From: Alphaproteobacteria bacterium
Lineage (GTDB): Bacteria > Pseudomonadota > Alphaproteobacteria > Puniceispirillales > Marisalimonadaceae
DNA: 53,944 bases
Direction of reading: 5' to 3'
Assembly: GCA_016777645.1 (NCBI GenBank)
Contig: JADHRC010000001.1
Location: forward strand, 1-53,944
This document shows positions 1-11,020 of the stretch, in pieces. Below the pieces are notes generated by a model. The model worked only from the letters and a program-made list of their open reading frames with translations. It made no database searches and had not been told where the DNA came from. How positions within the stretch are numbered: position 1 is the first letter of the stretch; each line of letters begins with the position of its first letter. The translations under genes and the position numbers were made by a program.

Positions 1-1
1 A

Positions 2-1654
2 AAAGCACTTTCACTTGGTGAAAAATATGGTTATAGAAACGCTCAGGCAACAGTGATTGCTCCAACAGGTACAATTGGATTAGTTATGGATTGCGATACA
101 ACTGGTATTGAACCTGATTTTGCTATGGTTAAATTCAAAAAATTAGCTGGTGGAGGTTATTTTAAAATAATCAATCGTGTTGTACCAGAAGCTTTGTCAC
201 ATCTGGGATATGATGCAGACCAAATAGAAGATATGCAGAGATATGCCGTTGGAACAGGTAGCCTAAAAGATTGTCAAGCTATAAGTCATAATGCCCTTAT
301 CTCTAAAGGATTTACAGACAAAGAAATTCAACTTATTGAAAATTCCTTGGCTTCCGCTTTTGATATCAAATTTGTTTTTAATCAATTCACTCTTGGAGAA
401 GATTTTTGTAGAAACAAAATAGGAATGTCCTCTGAACAAATGAATGATTTTTCTTTTAATATGTTAGAGTTTTTGGGTTTTACGCCTGAAGAAATAGATG
501 TTGCCAATATTCATGTTTGTGGAGCGATGACATTAGAAGGTGCACCTCATCTTAACAAGGAACATTTAGCTGTTTTTGACTGTGCTAATGTATGTGGTAG
601 AATTGGTAAGAGATTTTTATCGGTTGATAGCCATATAAAAATGATGGCAGCTGCACAATCATTTATATCTGGAGCTATTTCTAAAACAATAAATATGCCA
701 AATGACGCCACAATAGAAGATTGTAGCGATGCGTATATGTTATCTTGGCAATTAGGCATTAAAGCTAATGCGCTATATAGAGACGGATCAAAACTAAGCC
801 AACCCCTTAATTCGGCATTGCTTGACGATGAAGATATCGATGATCAAGAAAGCAGCATCAGCAATGAACAAGACATAACTCAACGTACTACTGAGGTTGT
901 TGAGAAAATAGTTGAGAGATTTGTTAGAGCAGAGAGGGACAAGTTACCCCATAGAAGAAAAGGATATACTCAAAAAGCTACTGTTGGAGGACATAAGGTA
1001 TACTTAAGAACTGGTGAATATGAAAATGGTAAATTAGGTGAGATTTTTGTAGATATGCACAAAGAGGGTGCTGCCTTTAGATCTCTAATGAATAACTTCG
1101 CTATCGCAGTCTCTATTGGTTTACAGTATGGAGTTCCATTAGAAGAGTTTGTTGAAGCGTTTACATTCACAAGATTTGAGCCACAAGGAATGGTTACTGG
1201 TAATGATACAATAAAAATGTCCACCTCAATTTTAGATTATATCTTCAGAGAACTAGCTATATCCTACCTGGATAGAAATGATCTAGGTCACGTTGGCCCA
1301 GAAGATTTAGATTCGAGTACTACTGGTTCAGGTGAAAACAAAAGTCTCACAACAGAAAAAGTTGCTAGTAGAGGTTTTGTAAGAAGAGAGTTAAAAGTTG
1401 TTTCAGGTGGAGGCAGTAATGTGACCATGATGCCACAAACAACTTTACTTAAAGAAGAAAAAAACGAGGTGTTAAATGAAAACACAACCATTGCTGTCAA
1501 TGAAACTCAAAAACAAAATTTAGCTCAAGAAATCGAGGCAAAGATTAAGGGTTACGAGGGTGAAGCATGCGGTGAATGCGGTAACTTTACTCTTGTTAGA
1601 AACGGAACATGCATGAAATGTAACACATGTGGTGGTACTTCAGGTTGTTCATAA
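2..1654 (+). CDS. nrdJ: Class II (adenosylcobalamin-dependent) ribonucleotide reductase, C-terminal part; 5' end lies outside the window
   Basis: The frame is open from base 2 ([26 protein letters not shown]). RNR motifs [30 protein letters not shown]; a TSCPD-type region ([28 protein letters not shown]); C-terminal CxxC..CxxC..GCS. Confidence 0.93.
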   Translation, partial: KALSLGEKYGYRNAQATVIAPTGTIGLVMDCDTTGIEPDFAMVKFKKLAGGGYFKIINRVVPEALSHLGYDADQIEDMQRYAVGTGSLKDCQAISHNALISKGFTDKEIQLIENSLASAFDIKFVFNQFTLGEDFCRNKIGMSSEQMNDFSFNMLEFLGFTPEEIDVANIHVCGAMTLEGAPHLNKEHLAVFDCANVCGRIGKRFLSVDSHIKMMAAAQSFISGAISKTINMPNDATIEDCSDAYMLSWQLGIKANALYRDGSKLSQPLNSALLDDEDIDDQESSISNEQDITQRTTEVVEKIVERFVRAERDKLPHRRKGYTQKATVGGHKVYLRTGEYENGKLGEIFVDMHKEGAAFRSLMNNFAIAVSIGLQYGVPLEEFVEAFTFTRFEPQGMVTGNDTIKMSTSILDYIFRELAISYLDRNDLGHVGPEDLDSSTTGSGENKSLTTEKVASRGFVRRELKVVSGGGSNVTMMPQTTLLKEEKNEVLNENTTIAVNETQKQNLAQEIEAKIKGYEGEACGECGNFTLVRNGTCMKCNTCGGTSGCS

Positions 1655-1671
1655 AATAAGGTTTATTTATA

Positions 1672-2142
1672 ATGATTGATGATATTAATAAAAAATTAGT
1701 AGCGCTTAATATTAAATTAGACGAGGCAAGCATCCCTGCTGGTAGCTATGTTCCATATGTAATTACAGGGAATCTTGTTTTTATATCAGGGCAACTACCT
1801 TTTATTAATGGACAGCTTACAACTAAGGGTAAAGTTGGTGGTAATGTATCTATAGATGAGGCAATAAAAATGGCAGAAGCATGTGCAAAAGCCATTTTAA
1901 GCCAACTTAAAGCAGCTTGCAATGGAGACCTTAATAAAGTTAAGAGAGTTGTTAAACTAGGAGGTTTTGTGGCATCTGCTCCTGAATTTACAGATCATCC
2001 AACGGTAATAAATGGTGCTTCAGACCTATTTGTAAAAATTTTTGGTGAAAAAGGTAAACATGCAAGGTTTGCAATAGGAGCTGCTGCTCTACCTCGTGAT
2101 GTTCCTGTAGAAATCGAAGGTATTTTTGAAATTGAAAATTAA
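1672..2142 (+). CDS. RidA/YjgF/UK114 family protein
   Basis: Motifs YVP..FISGQLP, VVKLGGFVAS, NGASDLF, GKHARFAIG..LP.DVPVEIE. Confidence 0.9.
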   Translation: MIDDINKKLVALNIKLDEASIPAGSYVPYVITGNLVFISGQLPFINGQLTTKGKVGGNVSIDEAIKMAEACAKAILSQLKAACNGDLNKVKRVVKLGGFVASAPEFTDHPTVINGASDLFVKIFGEKGKHARFAIGAAALPRDVPVEIEGIFEIEN

Positions 2143-2166
2143 TTTTTTTCTTTTACAAAAATAAAA

Positions 2167-3303
2167 ATGCGAGCTGAACTTGTTTCTAAACTGAATGAAG
2201 TCGATAAATTTCAGTGGGACCAGTTAAACACAACTAATCATCCATTTACTTCATATGATTTTCTTAACTCTTTAGAATTATCAAATTCGGTGTGTTCTAA
2301 AACTGGATGGCAACCAATGCATATAATAATTAAGGATGCTAATGATAATATAATTGGTGCATGTCCAAATTATTTGAAAATGCATTCTTATGGTGAATAT
2401 GTCTTTGATCATGCTTGGGCTAATGCATTTGAAAATGCTGGTGGCCAATATTATCCTAAGTTATTATCTGCAATCCCTTTTACACCTGCAACTGGTCCAA
2501 GAATTTTAATTAATCCACTTAATCCAAATAATGAAAAAATACTTGAATTAATATTAGAAACATTAGAATTAACAGTAAAAACAAACAACCTAAGCTCTTC
2601 GCACATTAATTTTATTACTCAAGACTTGAATTTAAAGTTAAATAAAGATAATTGGATAGAAAGAAAAGGTCTTCAGTTTCATTGGCACAACAAAAACTAT
2701 AAATCTTTTGATGATTTTTTATCTAATTTAAAAAGCTCAAAGCGAAAATCCATAAAAAAAGAACGGAGATCAGTTTATGAGCATGATCTAACCATTCAAA
2801 AGATAACTGGAGCTGAATTAGATATAACGATGTGGGATGCTTTTTATGAATTCTATCTTACAACCATAGATAAAAAATGGGGCGGAGTTTATTTAACAAA
2901 AGATTTTTTTTATTTAATTCATAACACTTTAAAAAAAAAAATTTTATTAATTATTGCTAAACAAAACCAAAAAATTGTTGCTGGGGCTCTTAATTTTATT
3001 GGAGAAAATATTTTATATGGACGTAATTGGGGGACAATAGTTAATATTCCATTTTTACATTTCGAATTATGTTACTACCAAGCTATTGAATACGCTATTG
3101 CAAATAATATTGATACAGTTGAAGCCGGTGCGCAAGGTCATCACAAGATTCAAAGAGGTTATTTAGCCTCACCAACTTACAGTAGACACTTTATTGCAAA
3201 CAAATCTTTTTCTGAAGCTATTAAACGATTTGTTAAATTAGAGAAAATCGAAATTGAAAAACAAATAGGTTTTGTTAATCAACAAAGTTCTCCATATTCT
3301 TAA
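2167..3303 (+). CDS. DUF482 / FemAB-like GNAT-fold transferase
   Basis: Family motifs HSYGEYVFDHAWA, YYPKL..IPFTPATGPR, LYGRNWG, LHFELCYYQAIEYAI, EAGAQG.HKI.RGY. Confidence 0.88.
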   Translation: MRAELVSKLNEVDKFQWDQLNTTNHPFTSYDFLNSLELSNSVCSKTGWQPMHIIIKDANDNIIGACPNYLKMHSYGEYVFDHAWANAFENAGGQYYPKLLSAIPFTPATGPRILINPLNPNNEKILELILETLELTVKTNNLSSSHINFITQDLNLKLNKDNWIERKGLQFHWHNKNYKSFDDFLSNLKSSKRKSIKKERRSVYEHDLTIQKITGAELDITMWDAFYEFYLTTIDKKWGGVYLTKDFFYLIHNTLKKKILLIIAKQNQKIVAGALNFIGENILYGRNWGTIVNIPFLHFELCYYQAIEYAIANNIDTVEAGAQGHHKIQRGYLASPTYSRHFIANKSFSEAIKRFVKLEKIEIEKQIGFVNQQSSPYS

Positions 3304-3307
3304 TTAA

Positions 3308-5626
3308 TTAAGTAAGTTCTGGAGTATTTTTATTTTTAGGTGATGAGGTTTTCTTTTTATTATCTTTATTATTAATACCCAGTGTTTTTAAAATCAATTT
3401 ATCTTTTGATAAATCAACATTTACTGTTCCACCATCCATCAAACGACCAAACAATAATTCTTCCGCAAGTGGCTTTTTAATATGCTCTTGTATAACTCTG
3501 CCAAGAGGTCTAGCCCCAAAGGTTTTATCATAACCTTTGTTAGCTAACCAATCTCTTGCTTTATCGGTTAATACTACTGAGACCCCTTTTTCAGATAATT
3601 GAGCCTCAAGCTGCATAATAAATTTATCAACGACCATTCTAACTACTTCCAATGGTAAATAACCAAATGGTATTATAGCATCTAATCTATTCCTAAACTC
3701 TGGCGCAAAAAGCTTTTCAATGGCTTCACCATCCGCCCCTTCTCGGTTTTCTTGTTTGAAGCCAATAGCTGCCTTTGACAATTCTTGTGCACCTGCGTTA
3801 GTAGTCATAATTAAAATTGTATTTCTAAAATCTATAGATTTACCATTATTGTCAGTTAATCTACCATGATCCATAACTTGTAAAAGGAGATTAAATAAGT
3901 CTGGATGAGCTTTTTCTATTTCATCTAATAAAAGAACTGAGTGTGGATTTTGATCTATAGCATCAGTCAGAAGCCCACCTTGATCAAAACCTACATATCC
4001 TGGAGGAGCTCCAATAAGTCTTGAAACTGTATGTCTTTCCATATATTCCGACATATCAAATCTAATAAGTTTAACACCCGTTGCCTCCGCTAATTGTTTA
4101 GCAACCTCTGTTTTCCCTACACCTGTTGGACCTGAAAACAAATAACAACCAACTGGTTTTTCGCCTTCTCTTAGACCAGCTCGTGAAAGCTTTATGCTAG
4201 CAACAAGTTCTGTTACAGCCTTATCTTGACCATAAACCATCCTTTTTAGATCATCTTCTAGTTTTGATAATGCTTTTCTATCATCAGTAGAAACATTTCT
4301 TGGTGGGATCCTTGCAATCAATGCAACAGTTTCTTCTATCTCTGTTTTACCAATGATACGTTTTCTCTTTGATTTATTTTTTAACATTTGAGCCGCAGCA
4401 GTTTCGTCTATAACATCGATCGCTTTATCAGGTAATTTTCTATCATTAATATACCTTGCTGATAGCTCAACAGCTGTTTTAATAGCTATGTTAGTAAACT
4501 TTAGTTTATGATGTTCCTCGTAACGAGATTTTAGACCCATTAATATTTTTACTGTGTCATCAACATTTGGTTCTGCAACATCAATCTTTTGAAATCTTCT
4601 TACTAAAGCTCTGTCTTTGTCAAAATATCCTCTATATTCTTTGTAAGTTGTTGACCCTATACATTTAAGGCCTCCATTCTGTAGAGCAGGTTTTAATAAA
4701 TTTGAGGCATCCATAGCCCCTCCACTTGTTGCACCAGCTCCAATTATTGTATGTATTTCATCAATGAATAAAATAGCATTCTCATTTGCCTCTATTTCCT
4801 TCATAACTGCTTTTAAACGTTCTTCAAAATCTCCTCTATATCTTGTTCCAGCTAGTAGAGCTCCCATGTCTAAAGCATAAATTTCTGAATTTAAAAGAAT
4901 TTCTGGAACATTTCCTTTAACAACTCTATCTGCGAGACCCTCAGCTATGGCTGTTTTACCAACACCTGGATCGCCTACTAACAAAGGATTATTTTTTGTT
5001 CGCCTACACAAGACTTGAATGGTCCGATCTAATTCAAGCTGCCTTCCAATTAAAGGGTCAATTTTACCTTCAGCAGCCTTTTCATTTAAATTTACTGCAT
5101 ATTTATCTAATGCTTTTTCAGATTTTTTATTTTCATTGTCTTCAGAGTTATTTTCGGTACCTGATGGTGACGTTGTTTTCGAATAGTTCGGATCTTTTGC
5201 TAATCCATGACTCATAAAACTTACAGCATCAAGTCTTTTCATATCTTGTTTTTGTAGTAAATACACCGCGTAACAGTCTCTTTCAGAAAACATAGCAACT
5301 AAAATATTTGCGCCTGTTGCTTCATTTCTACCTGAAGATTGAGTGTGAATCACAGCTCGTTGAACAACTCTTTGAAATCCAGCAGTAGGCTGAGTGTCTG
5401 CTTCACTATCAGATGTAACTATTGCTTTTAAATCTTCATTTAAGTATTTATTTATGTCTTGCTCTAATGTTTTAACATTAACAGAACACGCTTTTAGAAC
5501 TTCTAAAGCATCTTGATCTTCTAGCAATGCAAATAACAAGTGCTCTAAAGTTGCAAACTCATGCCGTAATGAGGATGCGTTAGTCATTGCTCTTCTTAAA
5601 GTTTCTTCTAAAGATTTTGACAGCAT
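3308..5626 (-). CDS. clpA: ATP-dependent Clp protease ATP-binding subunit ClpA
   Basis: N-terminal Clp repeat, two AAA modules ([16 protein letters not shown]), IGF ClpP-docking loop, no ClpB middle domain; directly downstream of clpS. Confidence 0.96.
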   Translation of the reverse strand: MLSKSLEETLRRAMTNASSLRHEFATLEHLLFALLEDQDALEVLKACSVNVKTLEQDINKYLNEDLKAIVTSDSEADTQPTAGFQRVVQRAVIHTQSSGRNEATGANILVAMFSERDCYAVYLLQKQDMKRLDAVSFMSHGLAKDPNYSKTTSPSGTENNSEDNENKKSEKALDKYAVNLNEKAAEGKIDPLIGRQLELDRTIQVLCRRTKNNPLLVGDPGVGKTAIAEGLADRVVKGNVPEILLNSEIYALDMGALLAGTRYRGDFEERLKAVMKEIEANENAILFIDEIHTIIGAGATSGGAMDASNLLKPALQNGGLKCIGSTTYKEYRGYFDKDRALVRRFQKIDVAEPNVDDTVKILMGLKSRYEEHHKLKFTNIAIKTAVELSARYINDRKLPDKAIDVIDETAAAQMLKNKSKRKRIIGKTEIEETVALIARIPPRNVSTDDRKALSKLEDDLKRMVYGQDKAVTELVASIKLSRAGLREGEKPVGCYLFSGPTGVGKTEVAKQLAEATGVKLIRFDMSEYMERHTVSRLIGAPPGYVGFDQGGLLTDAIDQNPHSVLLLDEIEKAHPDLFNLLLQVMDHGRLTDNNGKSIDFRNTILIMTTNAGAQELSKAAIGFKQENREGADGEAIEKLFAPEFRNRLDAIIPFGYLPLEVVRMVVDKFIMQLEAQLSEKGVSVVLTDKARDWLANKGYDKTFGARPLGRVIQEHIKKPLAEELLFGRLMDGGTVNVDLSKDKLILKTLGINNKDNKKKTSSPKNKNTPELT

Positions 5627-5628
5627 TG

Positions 5629-5976
5629 TTATTCCTTCTCTAATTGAACTTGCAAAGGATGTTCATGTTTACGTGCATAATTCATAACTTGCATTGCTTT
5701 TGTTTCTGCCAAATCGTAGGCATAAACTCCACAAACACCTACTCCTCTTTGGTGCACATGAAGCATAATTTGTGTCGCTTCTTCTCTGTTTTTTTGAAAA
5801 AATTTTTCTAAAACTTCAATAACAAATTCCATTGGAGTATAATCGTCATTCATCATTAATACCCTATAAAGAGGCGGAATTTTAGTTTTCGGTTTAACGG
5901 CTAATTTAATATTACTGTCAATATCCTTGTTATCGTTGTTTTCATTATCATCTTTACTCATAACAAATGGAAACAT
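5629..5976 (-). CDS. clpS: Clp protease adaptor ClpS
   Basis: [31 protein letters not shown]. Start placed at the ATG at 5976 (preceded by AGGT); the ORF-track start at 6078 is probably too long. Confidence 0.93.
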   Translation of the reverse strand: MFPFVMSKDDNENNDNKDIDSNIKLAVKPKTKIPPLYRVLMMNDDYTPMEFVIEVLEKFFQKNREEATQIMLHVHQRGVGVCGVYAYDLAETKAMQVMNYARKHEHPLQVQLEKE

Positions 5977-6238
5977 CTTGTTACCTAGATGCTTATGGCA
6001 AAGATTTAATCTTGTTTCCATTATCAATGTTTGAATATCCTGATTAATTTGTATTACTTCATCATATAAGAACGACATAATCGTTCAACAAGTTTAAATT
6101 AATATTTTTTTAATTAAGGCTCTCCGTATACACTTGCATATATTATACTAAATGTAGTGTTTTATTAAAAAAAATATCTAAATGATGTATTTTTTTTATA
6201 AATTTCAACTATAATCAATTTTTTTTATTATAATCTAA

Positions 6239-7537
6239 ATGGCTATTTTTTGGATATGGACTGTGTTTAATTCTTTTTTTAATATTAGTAACACCTATCA
6301 GTTTTTCTTATTCAACTATATCAATTCCTTAAATTCAAAAAGGTTCATCTTATTTCCTTTAATTATCTTAGCTGTGTTTGTGTTTATTTTTCCAGCTAAT
6401 GCTAAATATGCATCTTTTATTATTAATGAAAATACCAAACGAATTTATCATAATACTAATGCCGACACTTTAAACTATCCAGCCTCGCTTACAAAAATAA
6501 TGACCTTATATATGATTTTTGATGCTTTAGAGACTAAAAAAATAACCATGAATACAAAATTCAAAGTCTCTAAACGAGCATCTAGACAACCACCATCTAA
6601 GTTACATCTGCCCGCAGGTTCTACTATTAGTGTTAAGAATGCTATTATGGCTTTAATAACTAAATCTGCAAATGACGTAGCTACAGTTGTTGCAGAAAAT
6701 TTAGGAAAATCAGAAAGAAATTTTGCAAAATTAATGACTAAAAAAGCCCAAAAGTTAGGTATGACAAGAACTACGTTTAAAAATGCTTCAGGACTGCCTA
6801 ATAGAGCCCAACTATCAACCGCTAGAGATATGGCAACATTAGGTATAGCTATCAGACGTGATCATCCAAAATTTTTTGAGCTGTTTAAAACTAAACATTT
6901 TGTTTACAAAGGTATTAAATATACGAACCATAATAATTTATTAGGTAGTTATTCTGGAACTGATGGTATTAAAACAGGTTATACTTATGCTTCTGGGTTT
7001 AACCTTGTAGCTTCCGTAGAAAGAAATGGACAAAGGATTATAGGTGTTGTTTTTGGTGGCAAAAAAGCCAGGTCACGTGATAAACATATGATTAACCTTC
7101 TTAACAAGCATTTTAAAACTCAGCCATCTAAACCACTGGTAAGAATGGCAAAACCATCAGAGGTTCCACTAACTCGTCCAAAAATTTCTCTTGTAGAAAA
7201 AAACATTAAAAGCTTTGATATACCCTCCTCACTTAACTTACCGCCATCAAAAAACGAAGAAGAGGACTGGTTTATACAAATTGGAGCTTTTAAAAATAGA
7301 CTTAATGCCCATAAAGCCGCACGTAATGCCAGAAATATTGTCCCAGAACAACTTGGTAATCTACCAGCTTCTCTGAGTAAAATCACAAGATCAAATGATA
7401 AAAATAATACTATTGAACATCTTTGGCGTGTAAGATTTGTAGAGTTAGCCGAGAATCAAGCTCGTTCCGTTTGTGCAGAACTATGGACGTCTGGCTTAAG
7501 TTGCATTCCACTTCCTGCAAACAGCGATAAATCTTAA
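6239..7537 (+). CDS. D-alanyl-D-alanine carboxypeptidase (peptidase S11) with C-terminal SPOR-like domain
   Basis: SxxK (PASLTK), SxN (KSANDVA) and KTG (GIKTGY) motifs; hydrophobic signal ending ANA; C-terminal WFIQIGAF..WRVRF..ARSVC. True start may be the GTG at 6263. Confidence 0.9.
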   Translation: MAIFWIWTVFNSFFNISNTYQFFLFNYINSLNSKRFILFPLIILAVFVFIFPANAKYASFIINENTKRIYHNTNADTLNYPASLTKIMTLYMIFDALETKKITMNTKFKVSKRASRQPPSKLHLPAGSTISVKNAIMALITKSANDVATVVAENLGKSERNFAKLMTKKAQKLGMTRTTFKNASGLPNRAQLSTARDMATLGIAIRRDHPKFFELFKTKHFVYKGIKYTNHNNLLGSYSGTDGIKTGYTYASGFNLVASVERNGQRIIGVVFGGKKARSRDKHMINLLNKHFKTQPSKPLVRMAKPSEVPLTRPKISLVEKNIKSFDIPSSLNLPPSKNEEEDWFIQIGAFKNRLNAHKAARNARNIVPEQLGNLPASLSKITRSNDKNNTIEHLWRVRFVELAENQARSVCAELWTSGLSCIPLPANSDKS

Positions 7538-7544
7538 TTTGATA

Positions 7545-8849
7545 CTATGATACTCGTAATATATCATTCCAGTTAGTTGTATAAAAAGGAGATCTATAAC
7601 TAGAACGCATCTTCCAATTATTTCCTTCTATTCTTTGCTTTCTTTGTTTGATTATTCCTTGAGAACCATAAAACAAGGTCATTTTACCCATTTTAGCATT
7701 TATACTATCTAACATTTTCATGCAAATATCAGATTTATTGGTAAATTCTTTTTTTGTATTTCCATATGTAAACAAGTTATCCTGAATAATAAAATTGTGC
7801 TCTCTCTTTTGAATATCGAGTAATACAACTCCAATTTTTTTATAGTTATAATTTGGAAGATAAAGACTTTCTAGTAACTTAAAAGCTTTTCCAATTATAA
7901 GGTTTGTGCTGTCTGTCAAATCATCAAAAATAATTGATGCGCTATTACTGTATTGTAAATCTTTTTTTCTAAAACGATTAGTATGAATAAAGACAGAAAT
8001 GGCACCACATAAGCTATTTTGAGACCTAAGTTTTTCAGCAGCTCTGGCTACATAATTTGCTAATGCTTTTTTTAGATCATTTTTATTATTTATAATATTA
8101 CCGAAAGATCTAGAAACAGTAATTGATTGTTTAGCAGTTATCCCCTCTAAAGTCAGACAAGGGATCCCTCTTAATTCGTAAACAATACGCTCACCAACAA
8201 CTGAAATCAGATTTCTTATTTGACGAGGATCCGACTGCTGCAACTCGAAAGGATTATTGATTCCTATAGACTTCAAACGATTTGCCCAACCCTTTGATAT
8301 ACCCCAAATATCTTCTAAGGATAGATCCTTTAATATCTTATCTAAATGCTTTGATATAGTTAAAATATAAACACCATTAGATGAATGTTTCTTAGCCATT
8401 TTATTTGCTAATTTTGCTAATGTTTTAGTAGGTCCTACTCCAATAGAAACAGGTATTCCTGTCCATTGATAAATCAATTTTCTTATTTTAACCATCTCAT
8501 CTAATACGGTTACACCATTAATTTTTTCTAAACTAAGAAAAGCTTCATCAATAGAATATATCTCTATATCAGGCACAAAAAAGTTTAAAGAAGTCATAAC
8601 ACGCGATGACATATCTCCATATAAAGTATAGTTTGATGAGTATGTAAAAACTTTGTTTTTATTTATTAACTCTTTATATAAATGTAATGGTGCCCCCATA
8701 GGTATGCCGAGAGCTTTTGCTTCGTTTGACCTAGCAATAATACATCCATCGTTATTCGATAGCACAACAACTGGCTTTGTTTTTAATAAAGGATTAAAAA
8801 CTCTTTCGCAGGACACATAAAAATTATTGCAGTCTACTAATCCATACAT
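7545..8849 (-). CDS. umuC: Y-family DNA polymerase V catalytic subunit UmuC
   Basis: DCNNFYVSCERVF, VVLSNNDGC, YSIDEAF, TKTLAKLAN; C-terminal W.MR..YRSP.YTT.W. Confidence 0.93.
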   Translation of the reverse strand: MYGLVDCNNFYVSCERVFNPLLKTKPVVVLSNNDGCIIARSNEAKALGIPMGAPLHLYKELINKNKVFTYSSNYTLYGDMSSRVMTSLNFFVPDIEIYSIDEAFLSLEKINGVTVLDEMVKIRKLIYQWTGIPVSIGVGPTKTLAKLANKMAKKHSSNGVYILTISKHLDKILKDLSLEDIWGISKGWANRLKSIGINNPFELQQSDPRQIRNLISVVGERIVYELRGIPCLTLEGITAKQSITVSRSFGNIINNKNDLKKALANYVARAAEKLRSQNSLCGAISVFIHTNRFRKKDLQYSNSASIIFDDLTDSTNLIIGKAFKLLESLYLPNYNYKKIGVVLLDIQKREHNFIIQDNLFTYGNTKKEFTNKSDICMKMLDSINAKMGKMTLFYGSQGIIKQRKQRIEGNNWKMRSSYRSPFYTTNWNDILRVS

Positions 8850-8850
8850 A

Positions 8851-9333
8851 TTATAAAAAATGAACTGAACTAGTAACCACTCCCCAAATCTCCATATTCA
8901 TATGATCTTGGATTTCAATGGGTTTGTATAGATCATTTTCTGGCATCAACATTATTTTCCCAGAACTTTTATATAATCTTTTAACTGTCATTTGACCATC
9001 TAAAACAGCAATAATTATTTTTCCGTGTGATGGTTTAATACTTCTATCTACAACAAGAATATCATTGTCATTTATACCAGCATTAATCATTGAATCACCA
9101 TTAACACGGACAAAAAACGTTGCAGCAGGACGTTTAATTAAATAACTATTTAAGTCCAAAGTTTTTTCTAAATTATCATCTGCAGGAGAAGGGAAACCTG
9201 CTGAAACTTTAGAGCTGTAAAGCGGAAACGTCTGCGTTTTATTTAAACATGGCTTAAAAACTTCTAGTTTATTAGGTAATTTATAATGTCCATTTTGAGC
9301 TAAAATTTTTTTTGTAACCTCTAAATTTATCAT
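8851..9333 (-). CDS. umuD: DNA polymerase V accessory subunit UmuD (S24 autopeptidase)
   Basis: Cleavage region VSAGFPSPA, catalytic Ser in GDSM and Lys in VKRL; ends 1 nt before umuC starts. Confidence 0.92.
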   Translation of the reverse strand: MINLEVTKKILAQNGHYKLPNKLEVFKPCLNKTQTFPLYSSKVSAGFPSPADDNLEKTLDLNSYLIKRPAATFFVRVNGDSMINAGINDNDILVVDRSIKPSHGKIIIAVLDGQMTVKRLYKSSGKIMLMPENDLYKPIEIQDHMNMEIWGVVTSSVHFL

Positions 9334-9358
9334 TTTTTATATTCCATATATATATTTT

Positions 9359-9373
9359 GTTCATGTTTTGTTC
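9359..9373 (-). promoter_or_regulatory. Alphaproteobacterial LexA (SOS) box upstream of umuDC
   Basis: GTTCATGTTTTGTTC (+) = GAACAAAACATGAAC (-), an exact GTTC-N7-GTTC, 25 nt upstream of the umuD ATG. A TTGACT -35-like hexamer (minus strand, 9393-9398) puts the -10 position over the box. Confidence 0.85.
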
Positions 9374-9412
9374 TCTTATAAATTTAGAAAAAAGTCAACT
9401 ATTAAAATAAAG

Positions 9413-11020
9413 TTAGTGAGTTTTGCTAAAAGCTCCTGGTTTAACACCATAGTCAACAGCCAACCCATAACTGGGATCATTATCAGAATCTACAATTAGT
9501 TGACCGGCTTTACGTAATAATGCATGACAATCAGTTGACAAATGCCTTAATTGTAATTGTTTATTTCTTTTTTTATATTTAACAGCAAGGTCCTCTATAG
9601 CCTGCAAGGCAGATTGATCCACAATACGACTATTAATAAAATCAACGATTACAACTTCAGTATCATTCTCAATATTAAATATTTCTGTAAAACCTTGAAC
9701 AGAACCAAAAAATAACGGGCCCTCAATATAATAAATTGTATTTTGATACTCATCTATGACAACATTTCCTCTAATACGAATTGCATTATTCCAAGCATAA
9801 GCAAGAGCAGATATAATAACTCCACATATGACAGCTACAGCCAAATCATAAATAACAGTAACAGCAGTTACAATTACCATCACAATAACATCTATTCTCG
9901 GGATACGCTTAATAACTAGAATACTCTGCCAAGCGAAAGTACCAATGACAACCATAAACATAACACCAACTAATGCAGCTAAAGGAATTTGCTCAATAAG
10001 AGAAGAGCCAATTACTATGAATAAGAGTAAAAACAAGGAAGCAGCAATTCCAGATATTCGTGTACGACCACCAGATTTCACATTAATCATTGATTGACCA
10101 ATCATAGCACAACCTCCCATGCCACTAAAAAAACCAGTCACTGTATTAGCAATACCTTGAGCCACACACTCTTGAGATGCTCCACCAACTTTTCCAGTAA
10201 TATCTCCTACTAAATTAAGTGTTAACAAACTTTCAATTAATCCAATAGTCGCTAAAATTAGAGCATATGGAAGTATAACTAGTAAGGTATCAATATTAAA
10301 AGGCACCAATGGAATATGAAATGTTGGCAACCCTCCTTTAATAGAAGCCAAGTCACCAACTCGTGGTACATCTATGTCTAATAAAATAACAAGCATAGCA
10401 ACAAAAATTATACCAGCTAATGGCGCTGGAATAATATTAGTTATTTTAGGAATACCCCATATTACAATCATAGTAATAATTACCAGCAAAAGCATAATAA
10501 ATAGATTTTGTCCTTCCATCCACTGTTTGTTTCCAGATATATCTGTTATTTGAAACTGAGACATTTGAGCCAAAAAAATAACAATTGCTAAGCCATTAAC
10601 AAAACCCAGCATAACTGGATAAGGTACTAATCTAATGAATTTACCTAGCCTTAAAAAAGCAGCTACAATTTGGAAGATACCCATCAATACAACTGTTGCA
10701 AATAAATATTCAACACCATGTGAAGAAACCAAGGCAACCATCACAACAGCCAATGCTCCAGTGGCGCCAGAAATCATTCCAGGACGACCTCCAATTAAGG
10801 CAGTTATTAAACCAACAATAAACGCTGCGTAAAGACCTACTAATGGATGCACCCCAGCAACAAATGAGAAAGATACAGCCTCAGGCACTAGCGCCAGAGC
10901 AACTGTTAAGCCTGCTAAAATTTCTGTTTTAAATTTTAATATTGATGAAAACTTTAAGTTAGAAATTTGTAACTCATTATCTGATATTTTCTGAGAAAGC
11001 TCTTTAAATATTTTCTGTAT
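9413..11020 (-). CDS. SulP/SLC26 family anion transporter with C-terminal STAS domain
   Basis: KTEILAGLTVALALVPEA, GRPGMISGATGA, GLIESLLT, GGCAMIGQS, GPLFFG. The conserved N-terminal motif lies upstream of the ORF-track start (10888); the frame is open to an ATA at 11020 preceded by AGGAG. Confidence 0.9.
   Translation of the reverse strand: MQKIFKELSQKISDNELQISNLKFSSILKFKTEILAGLTVALALVPEAVSFSFVAGVHPLVGLYAAFIVGLITALIGGRPGMISGATGALAVVMVALVSSHGVEYLFATVVLMGIFQIVAAFLRLGKFIRLVPYPVMLGFVNGLAIVIFLAQMSQFQITDISGNKQWMEGQNLFIMLLLVIITMIVIWGIPKITNIIPAPLAGIIFVAMLVILLDIDVPRVGDLASIKGGLPTFHIPLVPFNIDTLLVILPYALILATIGLIESLLTLNLVGDITGKVGGASQECVAQGIANTVTGFFSGMGGCAMIGQSMINVKSGGRTRISGIAASLFLLLFIVIGSSLIEQIPLAALVGVMFMVVIGTFAWQSILVIKRIPRIDVIVMVIVTAVTVIYDLAVAVICGVIISALAYAWNNAIRIRGNVVIDEYQNTIYYIEGPLFFGSVQGFTEIFNIENDTEVVIVDFINSRIVDQSALQAIEDLAVKYKKRNKQLQLRHLSTDCHALLRKAGQLIVDSDNDPSYGLAVDYGVKPGAFSKTH

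Noticed and set aside
5977-6078. 34-aa N-terminal extension of ClpS in the ORF track
   Set aside because: An ATG at 5976 with an SD-like AGGT gives a normal-length ClpS; the extension has no recognisable features.
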